Numbered from the stretch's first letter, positions 1 through 13,794 are shown. The stretch is DNA of 64,000 nt from the human T2T-CHM13v2.0 reference genome, Homo sapiens (GCF_009914755.1 NC_060932.1), one strand, 5' to 3'. The notes: generated by a model from the sequence alone, not told the origin. Program-made: numbers and translations.

Positions 1-19
1 AATCCTGTCCTTTGGAGGG

Positions 20-290
20 TCATAGCCCTGAAAAAGCATAGCCAGAAAGGTCTCAGCGAGGTCAGGGAGGGAGAGAGCTGGAGAGTTAGGTTAAGGTCAG
101 GCTGGGAAGGAGCTGGTGGGACAGGATAAATGGTTTGAACTTGATCCAGGGGCAATGGTGAGCCACTGAAGGGAGATGGGGAGCAGAGTTGACAATAAGA
201 CCTGCTTCAAAAGTTGAGTCTGGGGTCGGTATGAACCATGGATTGGGGGGTCAAAACCAAAGAATCAAGGATCAATTAGGAGGCCCATGT
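20..290 (-). mobile_element. L2 LINE fragment
   Basis: tttgaacttgatccaggggcaatggtgagccactgaagg...caattaggagg resembles the L2 3' region in reverse. Boundaries approximate. Confidence 0.55.
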
Positions 291-634
291 TTCAGAGGGT
301 TGGCTCCCCTCACTCTGGCCTGATTCTCTATGGAGCACAAGAGACTCCCACAGAGAGAAAGCCATGCACCTGCTCAGGGCTGTGTTGGTCCCAAGCAACC
401 TGAAGCCCATTAAACCCCTCTACTGAGAGGATGGGAGAGCAAGGCAGAGTGATGGGTGGCACTTCTGGTGGTCTTAGATTGTGTGCACCAAACCTGGAAA
501 TGTCCATCCTGAGGAATCCATGGGCCTAACTTCCTCTCCTATAGCACAGAGACAGGAAGTGAGGGACTTCCTCTCCCATAGCACTGGGCACGAGGGCTGT
601 CATCTCCACCTTTGATGTGCTCACCTCTCGCCTG

Positions 635-745
635 GAATCCTGCTGGAATGCAGATCCTGATTCAGAAGGTCTGGGCTGAGGCCTGAGATTCTGCTCCCAG
701 GGCAGCTGCTGGGCTGCAGGCTATGCTGTAGTATCAAGGGTTTAG
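635..745. mobile_element. MER5A-like hAT-Charlie fragment
   Basis: aatgcagatcctgattcagaaggtctgggctgaggcctgagattctgc matches the MER5A core. Confidence 0.6.
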
Positions 746-832
746 GCCACATAGCATATACACAACGCAGTGCTGGAATTTGAACACAGGTCTGCCAGGC
801 TGCATTCATTCTTTCATTTATTCAACAAATCC

Positions 833-833
<1 letters not shown>

Positions 834-866
<33 letters not shown>
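834..866. repeat. (TG)16 microsatellite
   Basis: Uninterrupted TG run read directly. Confidence 0.98.
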
Positions 867-868
<2 letters not shown>

Positions 869-879
869 AACAAATACAA

Positions 880-1100
880 ATGAAATGCTTACTATGTTCC
901 AGGCATGGTTCCAAATGCTTTATCAACACCAACTCATTCAACTCTCACTACATCCCCAGAGGATTGGGACTATTGTTATCTCATTTTACAGATAAGGAAA
1001 TGGAGGCACAGAGACATGCAGTAACATGCCCAAAGTCAAACAGCCCATAGGTGGCCTAGTGAATGCCATCCTTGCCAGGTGAGCTGCAGGGGCTGAGCCC
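880..1100 (-). mobile_element. MIR SINE
   Basis: MIR core in reverse: tctcattttacagataaggaaatggaggcacagag...tgcccaaagtcaaacag. Confidence 0.8.
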
Positions 1101-1547
1101 TTCCTAGGGCACCGCAACAAATGTGGGGCACTGAGTCTGCAGGCATGGCTGTTTTTGACTTCACAGAACCCAGATGTGGCTCTGGAGCTTGGCTTTAAAT
1201 TCCATGAGTGAAGAGCCTGCAGCCCCATCCCTTCTCATCCCTTCCCCTTTCCAATGAGACTCACTTAACAGCTCTGCCTCTGGCAAGTTCAGAATGGTCA
1301 TCTGTTTAAATGAGGGCTTAGTCTCTATCTACCTTTCCTCCAGAGACCAGAACTCCCGAGTCTCTTATATTTTTGAGAGTAAACTCTGGGCAAAGGCCTA
1401 TGACTTTCAGGAACCAGTGAGACCTGCAGTGGCTCCAACAGACCTCGGTGGCTTCACTTCCAGCTGTGGGCATGGGTTCATTTCTTTACCTCCCAAGGCC
1501 TCAGTTTCCTCTTTGGTAACACCAAGATGACAATAATAGTCCCTCCT

Positions 1548-1935
1548 TGTAGTAGATGCTGGGGTCACTCTGTACCCATCCTCTGGCTGCTTCGAGGGCT
1601 GTTCCTGGCAGCTCGTTGCTGCCCCTTCTCCAGAAAATTGTCTTAGGTTGAATAAGGGTTCCCCACCTAAGATGTTATGTCCGTTCCTCTTCGAATCCCA
1701 GAGGCAGCCAGAGGTCAATGGCTGAAGAACAGGGCCTGCAAGTCAGACTTACCTTTGCCTTATGGTGAGACTAAATTTGCGATGTGGTTCATGCACCAGA
1801 GCTCCCTGTGGGACCAGACTTGAGCTGCCTCCAGCTGAGACCTACCTCATGCTTGCCTTGCTCCTCCCTGGTCCTGAGAACACAAATGGACCCAAATCCC
1901 TGCCTCAGGCTCTGCTTCCAGAGCACTGATTGGAG
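1548..1935 (+). mobile_element. Old ERVL LTR (LTR16/LTR33-like) inserted in a MIR
   Basis: Starts tgtagtagatg, ends near aaatccctgcctcaggctctgcttcc. MIR pieces flank it (1460-1547 and ~1945-2045). Confidence 0.4.
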
Positions 1936-2449
1936 GTACCATGTCGCAGAACTTTTGAGATGATTATGTCAATGAATTAGGGCACTGAAATGCTTAGAAG
2001 AAGAGCCAGCACTTAGTAAGTGCTCACTAAGTGTTAGCACTTATGATCCAGATTTCTCTGAAGTCAGGCTCCCATGTCCGCATCCAAGAAGCAGCTTGGT
2101 GTTTATCCAAATTTTCCACTCGAATGTGTCTTGCTCGTCTCTTTATCAGTAACAGTTCAGCCTGGAACTTTGTAGGTGTCCAATAAATGTTTGTTGAACA
2201 ACATTTATTTCCCTCATTGTTCACAGAGTACAAATAAATATCCCCAATCTTCCGAAATAGTCTCGGTTTCAAACATATTGTCCTGTTGTTCCCATAAATG
2301 GATTTTATTGTTAGACTGGTGGTCCAGTACTTCATGATCACCATGATCACCGTGTCAATGTCTGTTGCAGAGTGCCAAGTCTCTTGTGGCAATTACTGGG
2401 GACTCGGGGCTTCAGGGGAAGGTCACCTAAGCCAATCTTGGAGGGCTAG

Positions 2450-2753
<304 letters not shown>

Positions 2754-3105
2754 CAGGCAAGGTTTCTTAAAGGAGGTGAAATCCCAGAGAAGACTGGAGG
2801 AAGAGCAGGGGTTAGTGGGAAAAGTGTCGTAGAGGAAAGTCTGTGAAGTGAGGCAAGCAAAATGCCATGTATTTGGTGAGTGCCAAGTGCTTAGGTGGGG
2901 CTGCATTAGGAAAGGCGGGGTGGGCAGGTGGGAGAGAGAGGTGGGAGGGGAAGGCAAGGCTGGATCAGGAAGTTCTGTGCCCCAGGAAGGCTTCATCCTG
3001 AGAACAATGAGGGGACTTTGAAACGAGCAGGTAATGTGAGGAGTGTCCAAGGACTAACTTATCAGTTGGAGTTCTCCAGAAATGGAATCAGTAGGATATA
3101 ACCTA

Positions 3106-4017
3106 TGTGCCCTGGTCAGGGCTCAGGAGAAAGACCCCCAATAGGTGTCTGCAAGCTGGAGAACCAGAGAAGCCAGCAGTGTGGCTCAAAGGTGGTAGCG
3201 TGGCTCAGTCAGAGTCTAGGAGCCTCAGAACCAGGGAAGCCAGCAGTGAAGCTCCCAGTCAGGCCTGAGAGCCCCCAGGAGACTGCTGGTGTGAGTCCCA
3301 GAGTCCAGAAGCCTAAGAACCTGGAGTCTGATGTCCAAGGGCAGGAGGAGAAAAAACATCCAGCTCTAGAAGGGAGAGAGAAAGCAGAGGGAGAGAAAAT
3401 CACCCTTCTCCTGCCTGCTTTGTCCTAGCCAGGTCCCCAGCCCATTGGATATTGGCCACCCCCAGTGAGTGCAGGTCTTCCTCTCCCAGTCCACGGACTC
3501 CCACATCAGTCTCCTCTGGAAACACCCTGATATGGTTTGGCTGTATCCCCACCCAAATCTCATCTTGAATTGTAACTCCCACAATTCCCACATCTCATGG
3601 GAGGAACCTGGTGGGAGGTGATTGAATTATGGGGGAGGGTGTTTCCTGTGCTGTTCTCATGATAGTGAATGAGTCTCATGAGATCTGATGGTTGTAAAAA
3701 CCAGTTTAAAAGAAGTTTAACTTTAAAAAATGTTTTCCTACACAAGCTCTCTCTTTGCCTGCTGCCATCCTCGTACGACGTAACTTGCTTCTCCTTGCCT
3801 TCTGCCATGATTGTGAGGCTTCCCCAGCCACATGGAACTGTGAGTTCTCCATTAAACCTCTTGCCTTTGCAAATTGCCCAGTCTTGGGTATGTCTTTATC
3901 AGCAGCATGAGAACAGACTAATACACACCCTCATAGACTCACCCAGAACAAGGCTTCACCAGCCAGTGAGGCATCCCTCAATCCAGTGAAGTTGACCCCT
4001 AAAATTAACTATCACAA
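3106..4017 (-). mobile_element. MLT2B/C-like LTR, split by THE1A
   Basis: gtgagtcccagagtccagaagcctaagaacctggagtctgatgtccaagggcaggag; ends gttgacccctaaaattaactatcaca. Confidence 0.75.
3528..3925 (+). mobile_element. THE1A-like solo LTR (MaLR)
   Basis: tgatatggtttggctgt...gactaataca. Perfect 5-bp TSD caccc at 3523-3527 and 3926-3930. Confidence 0.9.
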
Positions 4018-4335
4018 TATGTGTGCATATATATCTTACACCTATATTTATATTTATATTAATTATATAATATATAACTTATATAATTATATATTATATT
4101 ATATTTATATATAATATTTATATATTATATAAATTATATAAATATAATATATAAATATATTTATATATTATATATAATATATATTATATAAATATATATA
4201 ATATATATATATTATATATATATTATATATAATATATATTATATAAATATATATTACATATAATTAACTATATTTACAGGTACATATAGAATACATTATA
4301 TATGTGTGTATGTATACATTTATATACACATATAA
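4018..4335. repeat. AT-rich degenerate (TA)n tract
   Basis: About 250 bp of almost pure A/T, at the position of the MLT2 internal microsatellite. Confidence 0.95.
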
Positions 4336-4446
4336 AGAGATTTATTTTAAGGAATTGGTTCATATAATTGTGGGACTGGCAAGTCTGAAATTTTTGCAAG
4401 GCAAGCCAGAAGGCTGGAAACTCAGGTAGGAGTTGATGCTGCAGCC

Positions 4447-5657
4447 TTTTTTTTTTTTTTCTAGTAAAGAAAGAGTTTAATTTATGTGAAGCTCACCACA
4501 CAGGAGATGGAATGGATTACTCAAATCAGCCTCTATGAAGGCACAGAGGTTAGGGTTTTTCAAGGACAGTTCAGTGAGCAGGGGACTAGGGAATAGAGAA
4601 TGTTGGTTGGTTGGGGATGAAGTCACAGGGTGTGGAGGGCAGTCCGGGTGTGCTGAGTCAGCTTCTGGGTGGGGGCCACGAGACCTGCTGAGTCATGAGT
4701 CCAGCTGGAGTCAGCTGGTCATGAGAAATGCAAAAGTCTGAAAAAAAATTCCAAAAGGCTAATCTTAGGTTCTTTAATAGTGATGTTATCTACAGGAGTA
4801 ACTGGGGAAGTCATAAACGTTGTGGCCTCTGGAACATTGGTTGGTTATCATTTAACAACACCTACATCTTAGCAGAATTCAAGCCCCTCTCATAATTTTA
4901 ATCTTATGGCCTCTCCTTATTTTTACAAAGGTGATTCGGTTTGGAGAAGGGCTATTATCATCTCTGCTTTAATGTTAGACTATAAATTAAGTTCCTGTCA
5001 AAGTTAGCTTGGCTTATGCCCAGGAATGACCAAAAACAGCTTGGAGTTTAGAAGCAAGAGGGAATCAACTATGTCAGATTTCTCTTACTGTTATAATTTT
5101 GGAAAGGTGGTTTCAATGCCCCACCCTCAGGTTTTAACACACCTCAACCCTGTGGTGTGAGCTACCGAGATAGGAAAAGGCTGAGGGATTACTCTAATTT
5201 CTTCTAATTCTTTTCAAGGGATGTCGTCGGTCCGGGTTGCCTCTAGGGTCAGAGGAATGAAATTGTTTTGCATTTGTCTCTGTGTATTCCAGGGCACCAA
5301 GGTCTGCATAACAAAAGCATTGGTGCTCTTATCCCAGCTTTAGTACAGCATTTAAGAGAACAGCAGATTATGAGAGCCCTAACATGAGGAGTGAATGCCT
5401 TATAGAAATGACCTGAACCCTTGAGGGATCCAGGTTAATGATCCCAAGAATCAGTCAGATATTGGGTCATCAGCAGAGGCTCAAAAACAATGGACAAGGC
5501 TGGAATCTAATAATAGGTGTACTCTAGTTTTTCTGAAACATAGTTTTTCCTCTCCAGTTTTCCATTTCTATGAAAAACAAATCATAGTAGGACCAACTTA
5601 TTTGCCAAATAGGTTTTAGTCTTATTATACTTGGCCTAATTATTTGCATAAAGTGCA
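4447..5657 (-). mobile_element. LTR8-family (MER4-group ERV1) U3-R plus 3' internal sequence, polyadenylated retrocopy
   Basis: T14 at 4447-4460; ATTAAA on the minus strand at 4476-4481; LTR edge ggtggtttca ending at 5115; polypurine tract at 5116-5129; internal sequence to 5657; ~14-bp TSD at 4435-4448 and 5658-5671. Confidence 0.75.
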
Positions 5658-6468
5658 GACGCTGCAGTTTTGAAGCAGAATCTCTTCTCTGGGGAATGTC
5701 AGTTTTTGCTCTTAAAGTCTTCAACTGACTGGATAAGGCTGACCCACAGTGTTGAATCCAATTTGTTTTACTTAAAGTCAACTGATTATAGATGTTAATT
5801 CCATCTGCAAAATACCTACACAGCCCCACCCAGATTTGTGTTTGATTCAATAGCTGGGTACTACAGCTTGGACAAGTTGATATATGAAACTAATCATCAC
5901 AACTGGTGTATTCGATGTTGCATTTTACCAGCTAGGTAGACATCAAAGATGACTGATTAAATAAATTACAGTATATTGACACAAAAGCTGATGGTGTTAT
6001 CATTAAAAAATGGAGCAGGATCTATTTATGCTCACATGAAAAGTCACCAAGATTTATTGTCAAGTGAAAAAAGCAAGGCATAATAATATAATTCCATCTG
6101 TGTGGGGTGAAAAGGAGGACTATGCATTTACGTGTGTATGCACAGTCATACATGTACCTGTAGGTATATGTTTTGGCAGAGATCTGTGCATAAATGCACT
6201 TCCATATATACATACACACGTATATATTTGTAGGCACACATATATTTAAATCAATTAAACTAATATTTATTGTCTTGATTATGTACAGAACACTTCCTGT
6301 GCCAGGCAACGAGTTTGGCCAGATGCATTGCGATATGCCAAATACTGAGATTCAGTGGTGAGCAGAAACAGATAGCTCCCAAGCAGATGTCTCCCCTTGA
6401 CATTATTTGCTCTGCTGGGTATTTCCTTTTTTGCTTTGTAAATTTTTGGCATTATTAATTTCCAAATA

Positions 6469-6549
6469 TTAGGTTGGTGCAAAAGTAATTGCGGTTTCAG
6501 TCATTACTTTCAATGGCAAAAAACTACAAGTACATTTGCACCAACCTAA
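6469..6549. mobile_element. MADE1 (Hsmar1 mariner MITE)
   Basis: ttaggttggtgcaaaagtaattgcgg...tttgcaccaacctaa with terminal inverted repeats and TA duplication on both sides. Confidence 0.93.
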
Positions 6550-6739
6550 TAATGGTTTACCTTTGCAGACACACTATGTGTCCAGTTTGTCGTCTAGGGG
6601 ATCTAGTTCATTCCTATCCTACAGAGACTGTTTAGTTCATTTGTAGCTTCTCAAACTCCAGGCACTCAATGGCACCTGGGGCCAGCTTAACCAAGGGGCA
6701 TACAAATATTCCCAGCATGGCCTACAGTGTGCATGAGAA

Positions 6740-6827
6740 TCACACCAATGCAGTGAACAGTGCTGCAGAGGAAGGCATGAAATTCACACCAATGCAGTGA
6801 ACAGTACTGCAGAGGAAGGCACGAAAT
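6740..6827. repeat. 44-bp tandem duplication (2 copies)
   Basis: cacaccaatgcagtgaacagt(g/a)ctgcagaggaaggca(t/c)gaaat at 6741 and 6785. Confidence 0.92.
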
Positions 6828-6867
6828 GCCTGGACTAGTAAAGTCAATCAAGGAGCTAGTGAAAAGC

Positions 6868-7240
6868 TTCATTTATTGAGCGCTAATCTAGTTCCTGGGA
6901 TGTGGAAGTGAATAAAACAGAGTAGGCCTCTGCCCTCAAGGATCATATGTTCTGGTGGGGAAAGACATGCTCTAATCAGGTAGACAAATGAACAAACAAC
7001 AACACAGATTGTCTTGAGTTTTGAGAATGAAATGGAGTGATTTGATAGAGAAAAACTAAGAGTGGTGGGGAGGGTGCTGTAGAGGGTGGTCAGGGACAGC
7101 TTCTCAGAGGAGGTGACATTTGAGCTGAGCCATGAAGAATGAGAGGATGAGAATGACTCAGCTGCAGAAGAGCCTGGGGAGGAGAGTTCCAGGTAGAGGA
7201 AATAACCAAGTGCAAGGGACCAGAGCTGGAAGAGCCCACT
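6868..7240 (-). mobile_element. L2 LINE 3' end
   Basis: catttattgagc...tgccctcaagga...ggtcagggacagcttctcagaggaggtgacatttgagctgag. Confidence 0.8.
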
Positions 7241-7279
7241 GGTGACGTGAGAAAGAAACCTGAGTTTTCTCATCTGTAA

Positions 7280-7743
<464 letters not shown>

Positions 7744-8437
7744 GAGATTCCTTAATTATATGCTGTGATTTTTCAATGGAGAATATGGCTTAGACCCTGA
7801 AACTGACAGTGACACAAAATACATACACACACACAGCTCCCACACTGGATGTGGCTGCAGGATCTCACTCCCAGACTGCCACGGAGAGAGTGCAGATTTT
7901 GGCATTTAAGGCTCTCAAGAATTCAGCTCCCTTTCCACGCAGTCTGTGGGAGGAGCTGGCTGTCAGAGGCACAGAAGGAGGGGGGCGAGGCAGTGGGTGG
8001 GGACCAAGCCACTTAATTAGCATATCAACTCTGAGCCCCAGGAAACCTCCCCCAAAGTTCCCCTGCACCACTCCCCAGGGAGACAGGAGAACGGTTTGCG
8101 GCCCAGCCGTACTTAAAGGTTGCACAGGTGCCACGCCAGGGCACAGGCAAGGAATCGAGTATGAAGTCGGAGGATCAGCTGTGGAATGGGAGAAACAGGT
8201 GTTTCCTTGGGGAAACCGAAGAAGCAGGGAGAAAAAAGGCCAACAAAAAGAGCAAAGGCAAAAAACCAAACAACAAACAACAACAACAACACAAACACAA
8301 CAAAAAAACCTAGAGACAATTCAAAGTGTTTTTATTCGTGGACTCTCTCCCAGGCCTCAGAATATGGAGTAATTTCCTGTGTTAAAGGGGGTGCTAGGAC
8401 AGAGTGTAGCACTTAAAAAAAAAAAAAAAAGGTCTTC

Positions 8438-9365
<928 letters not shown>

Positions 9366-9477
9366 AGCGGGAAGTGGCTTGCAGAGCCCCTTGCAAAGTT
9401 TTGGGAGGGGCCCTAGCAACAACTTTGTATGTTCATATATTTTTGTAAAATTTGTTAGATTAAGAGCTTTAAACTGC

Positions 9478-9706
9478 AGTTCTCGGTGTTTGATAGATAG
9501 TAGGGTGACTACAGTTAATGTCAATAGATTGTACATTTCAAAATAGCAAGAAGAGAATAATTTGAATGTTCCTGGTGTAAAGAAAAGATAAATATTTAAG
9601 GTGATGAATATCCCGATTACCCTCATTGATTACGCAAATGTTTCAAGTTATTACAAAAATATGTACGTCTATTACCTATAAATAAAACAATTTAAAAATA
9701 AAAAAA
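9478..9706 (+). mobile_element. L1MA 3' end
   Basis: agtagggtgactacagttaat...ttgtacatttcaaaatagc...aaatatttaaggtgatg, then an A-rich tail. Confidence 0.8.
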
Positions 9707-9759
9707 CCTCTTGGAATTCCCTCGCTCCAAATACACAGCAATTAGTTAAGACTACTGTC

Positions 9760-9924
9760 TTATTTTATTTTATTTTATTTTATTTTCTAAAGGTAGGATC
9801 TCACTCTGGAATGCTATGGTGCAGTCATAGATCACTGCAGCCTTGAACTCCTGGGCTCCAGTGATCCTCCGGCCTCGGCCTCCCAAAGTCCTGAGATTAC
9901 AGGCCTGAGCCATTGTGCCCAGCC
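9760..9924 (-). mobile_element. Alu monomer / deleted AluJ
   Basis: (TATTT)n tail, then tctcactctg...cactgcagccttgaactcctgggctc...gagccattgtgcccagcc. Confidence 0.85.
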
Positions 9925-10235
9925 ACGATCTCTTTCCACTCTGATTTTCCTCCATTGCACCTCCTCTCTTGATCAATAGTACTGGAGTGCCTGGGAGAAG
10001 TCTGGGAATCTGATGGAGAGTCAGATGAGTTGGGTTTGCATTCTTATTTGTTTGGTGGGTTATATTTATGTGTGATTCACAGTAACTTCCATATATAGTA
10101 AATTTATTGCTAGCTGTCCTAGTGTAGGACTGGCTTCCAGGAAAATTCATACCACCTATGTGCTCAACCGAGGTCATACCGTGACATGAAAGCATCCTAT
10201 GTTGCCCAGCCCCAGGAGTGTGTGGGTATTAGATG

Positions 10236-10625
10236 GTTTATTAGTTTCCTATCGCTGCTATAACAAATGACCACAATATTGGTGGATTAAGACAACATAA
10301 ATGTATGCGCTCATAGTTCTGGAGGCCAGATGTCTGAAATCAGCATTTTGAGCTAAAATCAAGGTGTTGGCAGGGTGACCCTGCCTCTGGAGGGTCATGG
10401 GAGAATCTATCCCTGCATCTTCCACTTCTGGTGGCTGTAGACATTCTTTGACTTGTAGCTGCATCCCTCCAGTCTCTGCCTCCAGGATCCCATTGCCTCC
10501 TCCTCTTCTGGATGTGTCTAGTTTCCTTCTGTCTCTCTCTCTTACAAGGACACTTGTCATGGCATTCAGGGCTCACCCAGATAATCCAGAAAAATCTTCT
10601 CATCTCAGGATCCTTAACAGTGTGG
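10236..10625 (-). mobile_element. MLT1 (C/D-like) LTR
   Basis: tattagtttcctatcgctgctataacaaatgaccaca...aaatcaaggtgttggcaggg...gctcacccagataatccag. Confidence 0.8.
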
Positions 10626-10939
10626 TCCAAGGAGATGCAGACACACCATCGTTGGGGCTTCTGGAAAAAACTATTTGCTTTTTCCTCAGAAAACAGTAGG
10701 AAGTGAAGATTCATGCTCAGGAACTTTGGCCATTTTTGGCTTGGCATGGGGAGCCAGCTGGAGATGAAGCCAATACAGAGAGACTGCCAAGGCTTAGGAC
10801 AGCAGGGAGAGATGGAGCCAAGTCCTCCTGACATGTTATGAGCCTCTGGATCACACACAGCCTGAAGGCCTTCTCCCCACCTCTTGCCTTTTCAGTTATG
10901 GAAACCGATAACTTCCCTCTTTCTTTTAAGGCAGTTTGA

Positions 10940-11292
<353 letters not shown>

Positions 11293-11492
11293 ACATTGGT
11301 ATTCTCTTTAAGCCTCAGTCTTTCATCTTAAAATGGGGCTAAAATACCCCATTGGAGCGATGGCAAAATTTAAATAAGATGGCTTATGTAAAGCATGTGT
11401 GTTGGTTCCTGGTACATAGAGATTGTCTTTGTGAATGATAACTATTAAGATGTAACAATACTGTGATTAGAGAAGAACTAATACAACTTCTA

Positions 11493-12415
11493 TTTTTTTC
11501 TCCAACTTTTAAGTTCAGGGGTACGTGTGCAGGATGTGCAGGTTTGTTGCATAGGTAAACGTGTGCCATAGTGGTTTGCTGCACAAATCATCCCATCACC
11601 TACGTATTCAGCCCAGCGTCCATTAGCTATTCTTCCTGATGCTCTCCCTTCCCCCACCCCAACAGGCCCCAGTGTGTGCTGTTTCCTTCCCTGTGTCCAT
11701 GTGTTCTCATCATTCAGCTCCCACTTAAAGTGAGAACCTGTGATGTTTGGTTTTCTGTTCCTGTGTTAGTTTGCTGAGCATAATGGCTTCTAGCTCCAAC
11801 CATGTCCCCGCAAAAGGCATGATCCTTTTTATGGCTGCATACTATTCCATGGTGTGTATGTACCACATTTTCTTTATCCAGTCTGTCATTGATGGGAGTT
11901 TAGGTTGATTCCATGTCTTTGCTGTTGTGAATAATGGTGCAGTGAACATAGATGTGCATGTATTTTTGTAATAGAGTGATTTGTATTTCTTTGAGTATGT
12001 ACCCAGTAATGGGATTGCGGGGTCAAATGGCATTTCTGCCTCTAGGCCTTTGAGGACTTGCTACACTGTCTTCCACAGTGGTTGAACTAATATACACTTC
12101 CCCCAACAGTGTAAAAATGTTCCTTGCCAGCAATCTCACTAGCATCAGTTGTTTTTGACTTTTTAATAATAGCCATGCTGACTGGAGTGAGATGGTATCT
12201 CATTGTGGTTTTGATTTGCATTTCTCTAATAATCAATGATGTTGAGCTTTTTTTCATGTTTGTTGGCCACATATATATCTTCCTTTGAGAAATGTCTGTT
12301 CATGTCCTTTGCCCACTTTTTAATGGGGTTGTTTTTTTCTTGTTAATTTTTTTAAGTTCCTTATAGACTCTGGATATTAGACCTTTGTCAGATGGATAGG
12401 TTGCAAAAATTTTCT
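11493..12415 (-). mobile_element. 5'-truncated primate L1 (older L1PA), 3' end
   Basis: L1 3' UTR plus the ORF2 C-terminus (ORF-track peptides PFDPAIPLLG and [18 protein letters not shown]). Perfect 17-bp TSD aactaatacaacttcta at 11476-11492 and 12416-12432. Confidence 0.95.
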
Positions 12416-12714
12416 AACTAATACAACTTCTAAATAGCTGGGTACGTTTGTATTATATTTATTAAAATTGTAGGACCTTACAATCCAATGCCCTACACAA
12501 TCCTGAAAGTCCACTGCAAGAATCCCTTTATTTGCCTGGCCCAGGGATGGCTACCTCCTGGGATGTCAAACTCACCACCCAGAGTTGATCCACTCCATCC
12601 TGCTTTTGGATTGAGCTGAAAACTATCTCTGCAGTTCTTGGTTCCATTTGTTTAAGGGTGGGGGATGGGGAGCAAAATGAGTCCAATACTCTAGTCTCAC
12701 TATCCTTTTTCCCC

Positions 12715-13086
<372 letters not shown>

Positions 13087-13794
13087 TAGATTCAGGTCCA
13101 TCCCATCTTCATTCAATTTCAGGAACATTTGGTTTGCATCCACGCATACTGTATATTTGCATCATGTACAGTTTGCAGGCATTGGAATTGCACCTAGAGG
13201 CACTTTTCTAGTTGTCCATTTTTGTAGCTTTAATGAGACTCTCAGGGCCACACTTTCCTGAGTAGACCCTTAGACGGATAGCTCCACTCAGAACATGCTG
13301 GCATGGATGAAGCAGATGAAGCGAACCCTGAGGAGGAGCTGTGTGTGTGTGTTGCCTGCATATCTGTGTCAACAGTGAGTACTAGGCTGCAGAACTCCCT
13401 GCCATGTCTGCTGAGCCATGTCTGAAGTTCAGGGCTCCAAAGTCTTTTCAGGAACCTGCTCCTTACTGGGGCTCTTGGGCAGGCCTTGGGGTGGGCTTTA
13501 CCTTCCCCACATTCCACATGGGGGTTGGGGAGAGCAGCTGAGTGGGTCTGGCAGACAGCAAAAGCTTCTGGGGAAAAGGGGGACTCAGAGGAATCTGGGA
13601 GATGCAGAAAGCAGGGCAGGTGCTTTTCTTTATGGGTAATCCTTTATTTAATCACTTACTCAATCATTGCCAAATGCCTTGAGGGTTGAGTCCTGGTCTC
13701 ATCAGGAGCCTGTCTTCTTTCTTGCTGGCTAAGCTCAATATCTGTTAATCAGGCATTTTCTATGTTCCAGGGTTAGGAGCTGGAGATACAATAG

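Larger units (their letters stand above)
3060..5902 (-). mobile_element. MLT2D-like LTR (outer host), in pieces 3060-3100, 4017-4446 and 5658-5902
   Basis: gagttctccagaaa...; agagatttattttaaggaattggttcat...ggaaactcagg...gatgctgcag; ends caagttgatatatgaaactaatcatcaca. Confidence 0.7.

Noticed and set aside
7809-8372. 187-aa ORF
   Set aside because: Starts at GTG, the C-terminus is translated A/C-rich low complexity, and there is no recognisable domain.
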